Virus record (IMG/VR): IMGVR_UViG_3300046673_000114 | Span: 1-64,000 of that record | From: a virus | Reading direction: 5' to 3' (one strand) | DNA: 64,000 nucleotides | Part shown: positions 49,838 through 59,659 of the stretch, piece by piece | How the letters are laid out: each line of letters starts with the position of its first letter | Numbering within the stretch: the stretch's first letter is position 1 | Position numbers and translations under genes: made by a program | The notes under the pieces: generated by a model | The model's input: only the letters and a program-made list of their open reading frames with translations | The model's database searches: none | What the model was told of the DNA's origin: nothing

Positions 49838-51007
49838 ATGAATCATACGTGTGTTTACTTCATCGCGGGGGATTCGTATTCGAACCTTCCCGAGATTAGA
49901 AGTGCAGGAATTATAGACGCCCACCTAGTTATTCATGGTGGGGGCGTAACACCGCCAAGCCAATTCGTAAAAGACTGCATTGCAGCCGGTCTAAGCCCGA
50001 TATGCAATAACGGGAACGATGGTGGTGCAGGTTGGGATGGCTCAGCTAGTTACTACCCTAATCTATTTAATATGGGCTATCACGCGGCCGGTGGCGAATC
50101 CGAGCAAGCAAACGAGATTGATGCGATAATGAATTCTGGTATATTCCTCGACTACGGTGGAGAAGGAACCGGCGGGGGAACCAACGACGATGTTTGGAAG
50201 GAAACACATACCGCGCCCGTTCACGGCGGGGGCTGTGCCGGTTACTACGAAACCTACGATGGTTCCGATAACTTTTGGGGTTGGGACGTCGTAGGTAGTG
50301 GAATGAAAGACGCGAAAGCGCACGGCGTGAAAGAAATAGGCATAATGATTGGCTCGTGGATGCTAGACCACTCGACTGTGCAAGACTACATAACACTCGC
50401 GCAGACGATGGAATCTAACGGAATCACTTGTGCGGGTTTCGGGGTGTGGTCGGGCTATAATAATAACATGAATAACGTCTATAACGAGTTTGCGAGCTGG
50501 TATCAACAGCTAATGGCGATTTGGCCGCCAACAAGCATCACAATGAAGAATCGGTTTAGTGGTCCGACACCAACGCCAACACCCACACCGGCACCAGTAG
50601 CCGCCGACGGCTCTAATCCCGCAGTAACGTATCTAAACGGCGTGAAGTATTCATTCGCTCGTGGCCTAAGTAACGCGCTATATTACCTCACCGATGGCGC
50701 GACGAAGTGGCTCTCTCTCGGTGGTACGTTAACCTCGGGAGTAGCGGCCGAAACAGTCGGTAACGAGATTTACATATTCGGTAGAGGGGCCGATAAGAAA
50801 ACAACATACTATCGAACACTCACGAAAGAATGGACTTCAATCGGTGGAATCGCTACGAGTTCGCCCGGCTTAACACTCGACAGCAACGGTAAGACACTTC
50901 TCGTAGAAGTTCGCGGTGGTGATAAAGCAGTCTGGTATAGGACTCTCGATACCACAACAGGCGCAGTATCGCCGGAGTGGCTTTCTCTCGGTGGGGTGCT
51001 TAATTGA
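49838..51007 (+). CDS. Putative glycoside hydrolase with PT linker and lectin-like propeller repeats (endolysin candidate)
   Basis: Paralog of the 24048 domain; WLSLGG/FARG repeats. Confidence 0.6.
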   Translation: MNHTCVYFIAGDSYSNLPEIRSAGIIDAHLVIHGGGVTPPSQFVKDCIAAGLSPICNNGNDGGAGWDGSASYYPNLFNMGYHAAGGESEQANEIDAIMNSGIFLDYGGEGTGGGTNDDVWKETHTAPVHGGGCAGYYETYDGSDNFWGWDVVGSGMKDAKAHGVKEIGIMIGSWMLDHSTVQDYITLAQTMESNGITCAGFGVWSGYNNNMNNVYNEFASWYQQLMAIWPPTSITMKNRFSGPTPTPTPTPAPVAADGSNPAVTYLNGVKYSFARGLSNALYYLTDGATKWLSLGGTLTSGVAAETVGNEIYIFGRGADKKTTYYRTLTKEWTSIGGIATSSPGLTLDSNGKTLLVEVRGGDKAVWYRTLDTTTGAVSPEWLSLGGVLN

Positions 51008-51380
51008 GTTCAGTAGAAGAGATGCTAAAGCGCGAGCCGAGTTGGCGACCAACAAAATGGTATGAGGAAGCCGTGATGAAAGACGAGATTCGCAAACGAA
51101 TCGTTAATAGAAAGAAAAATGACGGCTGAGATATACTATACTCGAGATGGGGTGCGCTATCGGCGCGTCCCGCCTTTTTTTAAAGAAGAGGAAGATGAGC
51201 AACAAAAAGAAGATACCGACGAGAACGCCGTGTAGGTGTGAATCCTGCGGGAGAGTTAACGGAGATATGGGAATTATAATATTCGAAGATTGGGGCGAAT
51301 CGGTGTATTGTCAACTAAAAGACGCGTGGTTTCCGATGGGCTACACGTGTTATAGCTTTTTATCGTCTGCGTGGTGAACT

Positions 51381-51518
51381 ATGGGAAGTGTGTACTATAG
51401 AGTACCCGTATGCGACGACATACTTAAGTCGATTAAGATAAAAGCCAACGAAGAAATGGCCACGGTTTCGGCGGTAGCAGAAAAGCTCATTGACCAATTT
51501 ATCGCGGAGCTTGAATGA
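51381..51518 (+). CDS. RHH-like small regulator (45 aa)
   Basis: Strand-helix-helix pattern; ATGA overlap. Confidence 0.5.
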   Translation: MGSVYYRVPVCDDILKSIKIKANEEMATVSAVAEKLIDQFIAELE

Positions 51519-51907
51519 GAAAATGTACTAAATGTAGTAATATGATTAATGCCGACGATAGGCATAAGCTATGTCCTCGTTGTCGTGAAAAGAATAAAGA
51601 AATAAAGCTTAGAGTAAGAAAAGGCCGCGAAGAAAGAGGCGTCTGTACGCAATGCGGTAAAAAAAGAGATAGTGAGTTGTACCTCTTATGCGCTAAATGT
51701 CGTGATAAAAAAAGTCATAGTCCCTCTCGCGTAAAGCGTGGCGTTAATAAAACAAATCCAGTTCGCGTGTATCCTACACACATTAACCTAAGTAAAGCGT
51801 ATATCATCAAAGTAGACGAGGTGGCCGCGAGAGCGCACCTAACTAGAACGGATATAATGGAAACGCTCATCTCGAAATATATAAATCGCGTTGAGGTCTG
51901 GAAGTGA
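51515..51907 (+). CDS. Zinc-finger plus C-terminal RHH-like protein
   Basis: Four CxxC; THINLS...TRTDIMETLI. Confidence 0.55.
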   Translation: MRKCTKCSNMINADDRHKLCPRCREKNKEIKLRVRKGREERGVCTQCGKKRDSELYLLCAKCRDKKSHSPSRVKRGVNKTNPVRVYPTHINLSKAYIIKVDEVAARAHLTRTDIMETLISKYINRVEVWK

Positions 51908-52566
51908 GTTCTAATTCGCAAGAATATAATCAACGGTGGCGGGAAGCAAATAAAGAGGCCATACGCGACTCAAACCAAAAATATCGTTTAGCTCACGCAG
52001 AAAAGATTTCTAAGCAAATTAAGATACGGTATCAACGGCTTCGCGATAGTGGGTTATGTGTCAGGTGCACTAATCCGCGCGAAAAACATAAGCAGTATTG
52101 TGATAGCTGTCTTAAAAAGCATAACGCCGAAGTTAAAAAATGTCGAGAAAAACATATTAAAAGTGGATTATGTCGCGCTTGCGGCCTCCCGCGCGAACAA
52201 GAAAATAAAGTACATTGTAATAAATGTCTTATGAAGTATCGCGACGATACAAGAAAGAATCAGGAACGATTTAGACACACCGCGCTTTCTTTTTTAACGG
52301 ACGGAAAAATGTGCTGTAGTAACTGCGGGTTGCCTATCTATCAAACTCTTGAGTTCGACCATATAAATAACGACGGGGCTGAGCATAGACGACGAGAAGC
52401 TGGTAGGTGGTTCAGTTTTCCTAAATGGCTTATCGATAATAACTTTCCTAATGGCTTTCAGGTTCTTTGTGCGAATTGTCATAGTTTTAAAACAAAAGGG
52501 GGTAAGTTACCAACTAAAAATGAACTTATCGCGGCGTATGAAACCGCGATTAAGTTTTTGGAGTAA
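51904..52566 (+). CDS. HNH-like endonuclease with CxxC repeats
   Basis: CSNCG..LEFDH...FQVLCANCH. Confidence 0.75.
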   Translation: MSSNSQEYNQRWREANKEAIRDSNQKYRLAHAEKISKQIKIRYQRLRDSGLCVRCTNPREKHKQYCDSCLKKHNAEVKKCREKHIKSGLCRACGLPREQENKVHCNKCLMKYRDDTRKNQERFRHTALSFLTDGKMCCSNCGLPIYQTLEFDHINNDGAEHRRREAGRWFSFPKWLIDNNFPNGFQVLCANCHSFKTKGGKLPTKNELIAAYETAIKFLE

Positions 52567-53695
52567 GAAAATGAAATTAAGCGACATTCTAGAGTTTATA
52601 ACGTTATTCGAATTAGAGCGACTTAGTGAGGGGATTGTGGAAGTTAAAACAGAGAATGACATTTTAGCGGTTTATCACGTGTATGTAATGATATACAGCG
52701 CTTGGGAACATTATTTTAAAAACGGTAATGTATAGTTATTTCATAGGTAACGATAAGCGAGAAGCTACCGGCTTCTGCACGAAGTGTCAGGTTCCGCTTA
52801 GTATGCGAGCTTCAACGATAGAGGGGCAGTTCTATTGTCCTTTCTGCGCGGACTTACTTATTAGACAATATCTAGAAACGTATGGGTTCGGCTTAGCTCT
52901 CGAGAAAGACTTTAGCACAGAAAAAACGGAAAACGTGAGTCACTATGGATAAGAAGAGCGAATATTGTAGAACCGGCTGCATGTGGCTTCTTTGGACTAA
53001 ACTGGGGAATCATAATAAATGTCTCTTAGATACAGAGCCGACACGGGCCGATAACGGTTACATTTACTGCGACGATTATAAAACTTAGAAGGAGATGAGT
53101 AAGATACCCGCACACTATCATCCTTGTGCCAACTGTGCTAAGGCCCGAGAGTCGGGCTATCCGACTATGTTCTATTGTGAAGCAAAAAGCATACAAATTC
53201 CGAATGAAGAAACGATGCACGGTTGCATAACCTACGCGCCGAGAACGGACGGGCAGGTATACATATGAAACGCGACATTCTTGGCGAAACTAAGTTTTGT
53301 GTTGTATGTAAAAACGAGTTTCGAGATACGCTCGCACACTGGAATGGAAGACTTCTCGTGTGGAAGCGCGGCCGGTCACGAACAAACTGTTGCTCAGACG
53401 TGTGTGCAAAGAAACGTAAAGCCGCACGAGACTTAGCCTATAAACGCGCGCGAACCGTAAAAAATCGCGCGAGAGAATATGAGTGAAGAAAAGCGGCATA
53501 TGTGTAGAGACTGCCTAAAGGCGCTTCGCACAAGAGAAGACACAAAGAGTAGACGGTCTGAAATAAAATGTACGGTTACTAATACGTGGCTTAGTCCTTT
53601 CGCGGACACGTGTAAGCATTTTAAGCTGCGCGGCGAAGACCGAGGCATAGGTAGGGCGCTTAAGACCCTAATAGACGGAAGAGTTCAATTAAAAG

Positions 53696-54280
53696 ATGAG
53701 CGAAATAAATACTAAGGATAATCCTTATTTCATTCGTGAAGAGGAAGTTTCGTTAGACAAGCTTAAGCCTAACGAGAAAAACCCGCGAAAGCATCCCGAA
53801 GACCTTATAAAACGATTAGTCGCGAGTATAAAAGAATTCGGTAAGACCATGCCGATGATTGTCGACGAGGATTATAATATCATTGCGGGTCACGCGCGGC
53901 TTAAAGCAGCGCAGAGAATGGGCTTAACAACCTTTCCGGTTAGAGTATTCAAGTTTCCGGCCGGAAAGGATAGGGCGTATCTAATTGCCGATAATAAACT
54001 AGCCGAGATGAGTGAGTGGGATACCCCTCTTTTAGCAGATATGTTCGAAGAGCTATTAGAAGCAGGTATTCATCTCGATATAACCGCGTTTACCATAGAG
54101 GAACGCGATGAGATTATGGCCGAGCCTATGATGGCTCCCGATAGCGAATTCGGCGCGGGAGAAAAGGACTTCGTTATAGTCTCCTTTAGAATGACGAAGG
54201 ACGAATTCGAGTTATATAAAGCTGATGTTGATGAGTTCATAGGAAAAACCAATTTAACGCCCCACATACAGGAGATATAA
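53696..54280 (+). CDS. ParB/Srx-like N-terminal domain protein
   Basis: LKPNEKNPRKH; SIKEFG; IIAGHARLKAA; IADNK. Confidence 0.88.
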   Translation: MSEINTKDNPYFIREEEVSLDKLKPNEKNPRKHPEDLIKRLVASIKEFGKTMPMIVDEDYNIIAGHARLKAAQRMGLTTFPVRVFKFPAGKDRAYLIADNKLAEMSEWDTPLLADMFEELLEAGIHLDITAFTIEERDEIMAEPMMAPDSEFGAGEKDFVIVSFRMTKDEFELYKADVDEFIGKTNLTPHIQEI

Positions 54281-54657
54281 ATGAGACTTACGGCGAGCCG
54301 AGTAGAAGAGTTAAACGTCTTCGTGTTTGTATTTTGTATGACCGTTGGAACGCTCGAATTAGTTCTAAATGTCCCTATTCTTTCGCCGGTGTTCGCGTCG
54401 CTCGTGTATTCTCTAGGAATTCTAAATCTTGTGTGCTTTATACAAGGATACTAAAAAATGCCGATTAAAGGCTGGCCGCTACCGTGGGAATAAATTATGA
54501 AGCGAAACATTCATCAAAATACGGTTAAACGAATCATAAAAGGAAGCTCGACTATCGAGGATTGTCCTCTCTGCAAAGAGAAAGATTATATGTACCTAAC
54601 ATTCTGCTTAACGTGCCTCGATAACGAAGGCGTTAACCGCGAGAAAGGCTATGTCGA

Positions 54658-55272
54658 GTGCGGCCGGAAGAAATAATGAAATCAATAAAAAAAGAAAAGA
54701 GACTAACTAAAAAAGAGCAGCTTCAAAAAAGAAGATATGATTTTTGGAGACTTATGTCTCACGGCGCAACTCTAGCCGACGCCGTTAAGATGATTTCAGA
54801 GAAATACGGTGTCGGTAAAGCCGTTTTATATAGCGATTGGGCTAAACGAGAGGAATGGGGTGTCGTCGAGGAACCAGAGAAAAATAGAATAGTAAAAGAT
54901 GGTCTGTTTTCATTACAAGAAACAAGACGTTATCTTTGGAATCTTATTAACGCTTCACCAGAACAGCTTAACGAAGACGGGGTATTAGTCGACTCTCGAG
55001 GCGTGCCGATGTGGCCGTTTGAATTACCAGATGTTAAGTTAAGAGCTACTACGATAGCGAAGATTATAGAAACAGATTTCGCGGTTATCCGAATGACGCA
55101 AAGCATAGGCATCGTTCCGCAAAAGGGAATGACTATTTCTATGTTATCCGAAAACTCTGCTGAAATAGAAAAGAACCTAGACGCGTATTGCGGTGACGAT
55201 GTAGAGCTAAAAAGAGCGGTATTAGTCGCACTCGATACGATGGCGAGGGGTGTAAGTGGCGAAGACTCCTAA
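54658..55272 (+). CDS. Putative terminase small subunit (N-terminal HTH)
   Basis: HTH-like segment; directly upstream of the TerL ATPase gene. Confidence 0.5.
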   Translation: MRPEEIMKSIKKEKRLTKKEQLQKRRYDFWRLMSHGATLADAVKMISEKYGVGKAVLYSDWAKREEWGVVEEPEKNRIVKDGLFSLQETRRYLWNLINASPEQLNEDGVLVDSRGVPMWPFELPDVKLRATTIAKIIETDFAVIRMTQSIGIVPQKGMTISMLSENSAEIEKNLDAYCGDDVELKRAVLVALDTMARGVSGEDS

Positions 55273-56134
55273 ATACACACTAAAGAAAAGACCGCGCGGT
55301 AGGCCGCGTAAAGAGAAACCGGCAGCGAAAGAGAAGAAAGAATACTCTACCGATGCAGTTCGTTATCTAAAGTATAAGATGGCCCCGGACGTGTGGGTAG
55401 AAGAAAACTATGATATAACGCTCGATTCGTGGCAGAAAGAAGCATTAAACACCCAATCGAATCGCCTACTACTTAATTGTTCAAGACAGGCGGGAAAATC
55501 GACCGTTGTTTCTCTATTAGCGCTACACCATGCGTTATTTACACCTAAAGCATTAGTCCTCGTCGTCTCACATACGGATATTCAAGCGAAAGAAACGTTT
55601 AAGAAAATAGCCGATAGCTTCCACGACCTAAAGACCGAATGGTATAAAAGCGAAGTAGACACCGTTTATGAGATTAGGTTTAACAATAAAAGTCGTATCA
55701 TAGCACGAACGGGACAACAACCAGATAGCTTACGAGGGTATAGTGGTGTTACGCTTTTAATCATCGACGAAGCTGCATCAGTTTTAGAAGAAAGTTATAT
55801 GGTTCTTAAACCAATGCTTGCCGTCTCGAAAGGAAAGGTAGTTTTGCTTTCTACGCCTAAAGGTAAACGAGGTTTCTTCTATGATGCGTATAAAGACGCG
55901 CACGAGAATAACCGAGAGAGCTGGCATTACTTAGAAATAAAAGCCGACGATTGTCCTAGAATCACGCAAGAATACTTACTAAGTGAAAAAGAGCGCAATC
56001 CCGATTGGGTATTCGAGCAAGAATACTATTGTGTCTTCATTTCGAATGTGAGCAACATTTTTCCAAACGTTGCCGACTTATTTATAGAAATGCCCCTAGA
56101 CGACCACTGGTCATTCGATTTAGACTTGGATTAA
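55256..56134 (+). CDS. terL: Terminase large subunit, ATPase domain only
   Basis: WQ motif; SRQAGKS; LRG; IIDEAA; LSTPKG; EQEY; ends at 292 aa. Confidence 0.88.
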   Translation: MAKTPKYTLKKRPRGRPRKEKPAAKEKKEYSTDAVRYLKYKMAPDVWVEENYDITLDSWQKEALNTQSNRLLLNCSRQAGKSTVVSLLALHHALFTPKALVLVVSHTDIQAKETFKKIADSFHDLKTEWYKSEVDTVYEIRFNNKSRIIARTGQQPDSLRGYSGVTLLIIDEAASVLEESYMVLKPMLAVSKGKVVLLSTPKGKRGFFYDAYKDAHENNRESWHYLEIKADDCPRITQEYLLSEKERNPDWVFEQEYYCVFISNVSNIFPNVADLFIEMPLDDHWSFDLDLD

Positions 56135-56170
56135 GAATAAATATATAAGGTTATACGTCCTTTTGATATT

Positions 56171-56791
56171 ATGGATAAAAAAGAGTACCAAAAGCAGTAT
56201 CGAGCTAGGCATAGAGATAAGCTAGCCGAGTACAGCAAGCGGTACTACGCCGAGAACAAGGATAAATTTGCTAAATTAAATAAGCAATACCGCGAAGAGC
56301 ATAAGGAAGAGTTAGCTGCTAAGGCAAAAGAGTACAATAAGCATTACTACGTTGAGAATAGAGAGCAGGTACTAGAGCGTTCGAATAAATGGAAAGCCGA
56401 GCATAAAGAAGAGTTAAAAGTAAAGTCTAGAGAATATTATCTTAAGCATTACGAAGATACGTTAAAATGGAACGTCGAGCATCGAAAGAAAAAAGCAGAA
56501 ATCGCTAAACGTTATCGTGAGACTCTTAATAAACGAGTAGAAGAGATTAGTCCTAATATCTGTTTTTTTAATGACGAACACGCTTGTAGAAGTCGTAAAG
56601 GCTGGAAGCTAGACCTACACGAAAAAAGTGGAAACGGTCATAATAAATGGGCCGTTAGGATTATTCTCGACGATACATCGAAAGCTAATGATTTTGTACG
56701 CTTATGCTCAAAACATCACGATATGGTACACGCTTTAATGGAGCTAGGCCGAACGTGGGATGAGATAGAGACGTTTATTAACATATGTTAA
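56171..56791 (+). CDS. Divergent HNH-like protein with helical repeats
   Basis: YY.EN.E repeats; LDLHE...LCSKHH. Confidence 0.5.
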   Translation: MDKKEYQKQYRARHRDKLAEYSKRYYAENKDKFAKLNKQYREEHKEELAAKAKEYNKHYYVENREQVLERSNKWKAEHKEELKVKSREYYLKHYEDTLKWNVEHRKKKAEIAKRYRETLNKRVEEISPNICFFNDEHACRSRKGWKLDLHEKSGNGHNKWAVRIILDDTSKANDFVRLCSKHHDMVHALMELGRTWDEIETFINIC

Positions 56792-57283
56792 CATAGGTGA
56801 AGAAATGACCTGCTACGAAGACTACGACTTTGGGCGCAGTGCTTCTCTCACCGCGTCAAGGGTGGGCTTTCGCTTGTCGCTAAACCGTCCCAAGACGAGC
56901 ACGACTTTCGAGGTCAGGGCATCAATGATATTGTGAGGCCTCTCATATGTTGTTAATAAGAAAATAAACTGAGCCATCTCAAACCCACACGTGGATAGCG
57001 GTAATTGAGAAAGAGCATAAGAAAATAGGCTATATTCTTATCACGAAGGAGATTATGAGAAAATTTAGTGGGTGATAATATTGGACGATAAAGAGATATT
57101 AGATAACGTACTAGAGCTAGCAAAAGTTTACGCTATGCCGGGTATGCCCGGCGCACATCGCTTTACGCAAGTGTGTGAGTTTATCGTTGGGAGTAGAGCG
57201 GAGAACATACCTAAAATTGATAAGCGGTTAACTGCGCTAGAAGCTGAAATAGGTGCACTTCGCTGTTTAATTGCTAAGAAAGA

Positions 57284-57766
57284 ATGAAACAAGAAGACGC
57301 CTATAAAATCGCCGAGAAACACTGCACAGGGATTCGGTGGGACGGAAGCCCGTCAATCAGTCACATAAGACGAACCGCGCAGCTCACCGAGGACATAGTT
57401 AGGGACGTTTTTAACGAAGACTATCTTAACGTAGTTAAATGCGCGGCGATACTTCACGACGTGATTGAGGATTGTTTAGATAAAGATGAGTTTGATAACT
57501 CCGCGCTTGACGATGTTATAATTTTTGACGACGTACATAGCGGGTTATTAGAGATAGTTTCTACACTTACACATCGTAAAGATGAACCTTATGAGAACTA
57601 TATTAGTAGAGTTATTAATTCGCCCAATCTAGCCCCAACGTGTATTAAAATAGCCGATATGATAGATAACTTAACCTCTAAAGGTGTAACCCTAAAGCAG
57701 CAGGCTAAGTATCGGAGAGCGCTACCGCGGTTAATTAAACGAATGTCTGGATTAGAAAAGAGGTAG
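57284..57766 (+). CDS. HD-domain hydrolase (SpoT/MESH1-like)
   Basis: AILHDVIED; IKIADMIDN. Confidence 0.85.
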   Translation: MKQEDAYKIAEKHCTGIRWDGSPSISHIRRTAQLTEDIVRDVFNEDYLNVVKCAAILHDVIEDCLDKDEFDNSALDDVIIFDDVHSGLLEIVSTLTHRKDEPYENYISRVINSPNLAPTCIKIADMIDNLTSKGVTLKQQAKYRRALPRLIKRMSGLEKR

Positions 57767-57767
57767 A

Positions 57768-58490
57768 ATGAAAGCTCTTTGTCACGTTTCGTATGAGCTA
57801 AAACCTAAAAAACCGTCACTAGCCGCCGGAAAAGTATTCGGTAGCTTTGGGTTAGACTCGGAACAGGGTAAGCGCGAGTATGTGAAACCATTCACTCTCG
57901 AGTTTAAAGAGAGAGACATTATTGCGTTTGTTGGCACCTCTGGAACTGGTAAAACAACCTGCTTACAGCAGCTAAAAGCGCAAACGCTCGGGCTCGACCT
58001 AAACGAGTTAGTTTTCGATAATGATAAAACCGTTATAGAACATTTTAATGATTATGACGTTGGGCTAAAGAACCTAAGCATTTGTGGTCTAGCCGAAGCG
58101 CAACTTTTTATGCGGTATCCATTCGAGCTAAGCGACGGGCAAAGGTATAGGTTTAGAATGGCTCTCGGGCTTAGCGATAAACGAAACGTGTTAGTGTGCG
58201 ATGAGTTTCTAGCCACGTTAGACCGGATAAGCGCGAAAACTATTGCGTTTAGCATTAGAAAACTAATTTCGAATAGCGATAAAATCTTAGCGATAGCCAC
58301 CACACACGAAGATATTCTCGAAGACCTGCAACCGAACATAATCGTTAATTTCGGCCCCGAAGGCGTAGAAATCGCGAATAAAGAGATAATTAAAAAAAAA
58401 TCTCATTTTATAATAATCTCGTCATTGCACGGGGCTCTAGAGCAGATTGGAACCGGTTTAGTAAGTGGCACTACCGAGGAAAAGAAATAG
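57768..58490 (+). CDS. ABC-type ATPase (soluble)
   Basis: GTSGTGKT; LSDGQRYR; CDEF; TTHED. Confidence 0.88.
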   Translation: MKALCHVSYELKPKKPSLAAGKVFGSFGLDSEQGKREYVKPFTLEFKERDIIAFVGTSGTGKTTCLQQLKAQTLGLDLNELVFDNDKTVIEHFNDYDVGLKNLSICGLAEAQLFMRYPFELSDGQRYRFRMALGLSDKRNVLVCDEFLATLDRISAKTIAFSIRKLISNSDKILAIATTHEDILEDLQPNIIVNFGPEGVEIANKEIIKKKSHFIIISSLHGALEQIGTGLVSGTTEEKK

Positions 58491-59029
58491 GTTTTTTGAA
58501 GTATGCGTATATCCTCATTCACGATGACGAACCGATTGCCTTCTGTGGCTTCTCACCACCGGGGCTCGCAAACTCAGTTAGAATTCGTATTTTTCGCGGT
58601 AGCTATAAGAAAATGACGACACGAACGGCAGAAATCATTAATTCTAGGTTTATAAACCTAAGTCGTATCGTTATCGACCCTAGATATAGGGGTGCCGGAA
58701 TTGCTAGTGATTTCGTTAAAGCGTGCTGCTTATATGATGATTTAGTAAAAGAGCGATTCATCGAACTTATTACCTCGATGGGACAGATAAATCAATTCTG
58801 GAAGAAAGCCGGATTTAAAGACTACGGGCAAACGATGAGCGACACCATCGGCGGAACAGTTTCAATCGGCGGTGCTTCGCGAAAGAAGAAAGCAAAGACC
58901 GGGCAACATAATTGGCCCCACGAGAATCAGGGTGGACACGTTCGCTCAGAAACGAAAGCTCAAAGTAAGTTGGCGGTCATGAGATACTATCTACTCGATA
59001 TAAAGAAGGCTAAAGGAGAGAATAAATGA
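58394..59029 (+). CDS. GNAT/Mom-like acetyltransferase in the -1 frame
   Basis: DWNRFSKWHYR upstream of the TTG start; SRIVIDPRYRGAGIA. Confidence 0.8.
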   Translation, partial: KKISFYNNLVIARGSRADWNRFSKWHYRGKEIGFLKYAYILIHDDEPIAFCGFSPPGLANSVRIRIFRGSYKKMTTRTAEIINSRFINLSRIVIDPRYRGAGIASDFVKACCLYDDLVKERFIELITSMGQINQFWKKAGFKDYGQTMSDTIGGTVSIGGASRKKKAKTGQHNWPHENQGGHVRSETKAQSKLAVMRYYLLDIKKAKGENK

Positions 59030-59274
59030 TAAAAATATATTCACTGCCGGTATGTCCGAATTGTAAAGTATTAAAAACCACCTTAAAAGAACGTAACATT
59101 ACGTTCGAAGAGGAAGAACTCGGAACACCCAAAGTAAAAACAGAAATGCTTATGCACCACGTTTTTACAGACATGGCACCAGTACTTCGTGTTGATGATA
59201 AATATTATACCTCTATAGAAATCTTTAATGAAAAAGGAGATGTAAAGGTAGACATACTAAATACGCTATCGTAA
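59026..59274 (+). CDS. Glutaredoxin-like (NrdH-type) protein
   Basis: IYSLPVCPNC; APVL. Confidence 0.85.
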   Translation: MIKIYSLPVCPNCKVLKTTLKERNITFEEEELGTPKVKTEMLMHHVFTDMAPVLRVDDKYYTSIEIFNEKGDVKVDILNTLS

Positions 59275-59659
59275 AATGGCAGACCCTAATACATTAGTAA
59301 TAAACGACGGAGTAAGCGACTACTCGACTGAACCAATACTAGAACAGTGTCTAACCTGCGAGCACGTAAAACTAGACGACGTGCAGGGCGGGGGTCTAGT
59401 CTATAATGTTACGTGCGGCGCGTTTCATACGCCGTATCTTAAATTCACGGCAGAAGGAGAAGGAGATACACTTGTTGTTACCGAAGAGCATTGTAAATAT
59501 CGCGTACGAATAAGAGATGAAAAATGACAACATGGACATTTCCGCCGGAACTCCAAGTGGAAAAGCGATAAACTGTGGAACGATTGGCATTGTCTAGTAG
59601 AATATTATGGTACGATGTGTTTTCAAAAGAAAAGAAGGACTATATGGCTTCCTTAGACG

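Noticed and set aside
56805-56936. Short ORF containing RVGFR, like a DGR target C-terminus
   Set aside because: No template repeat or RT; similarity too short
57768-58490. ABC transporter
   Set aside because: No permease gene nearby; the ATPase is linked to a GNAT instead
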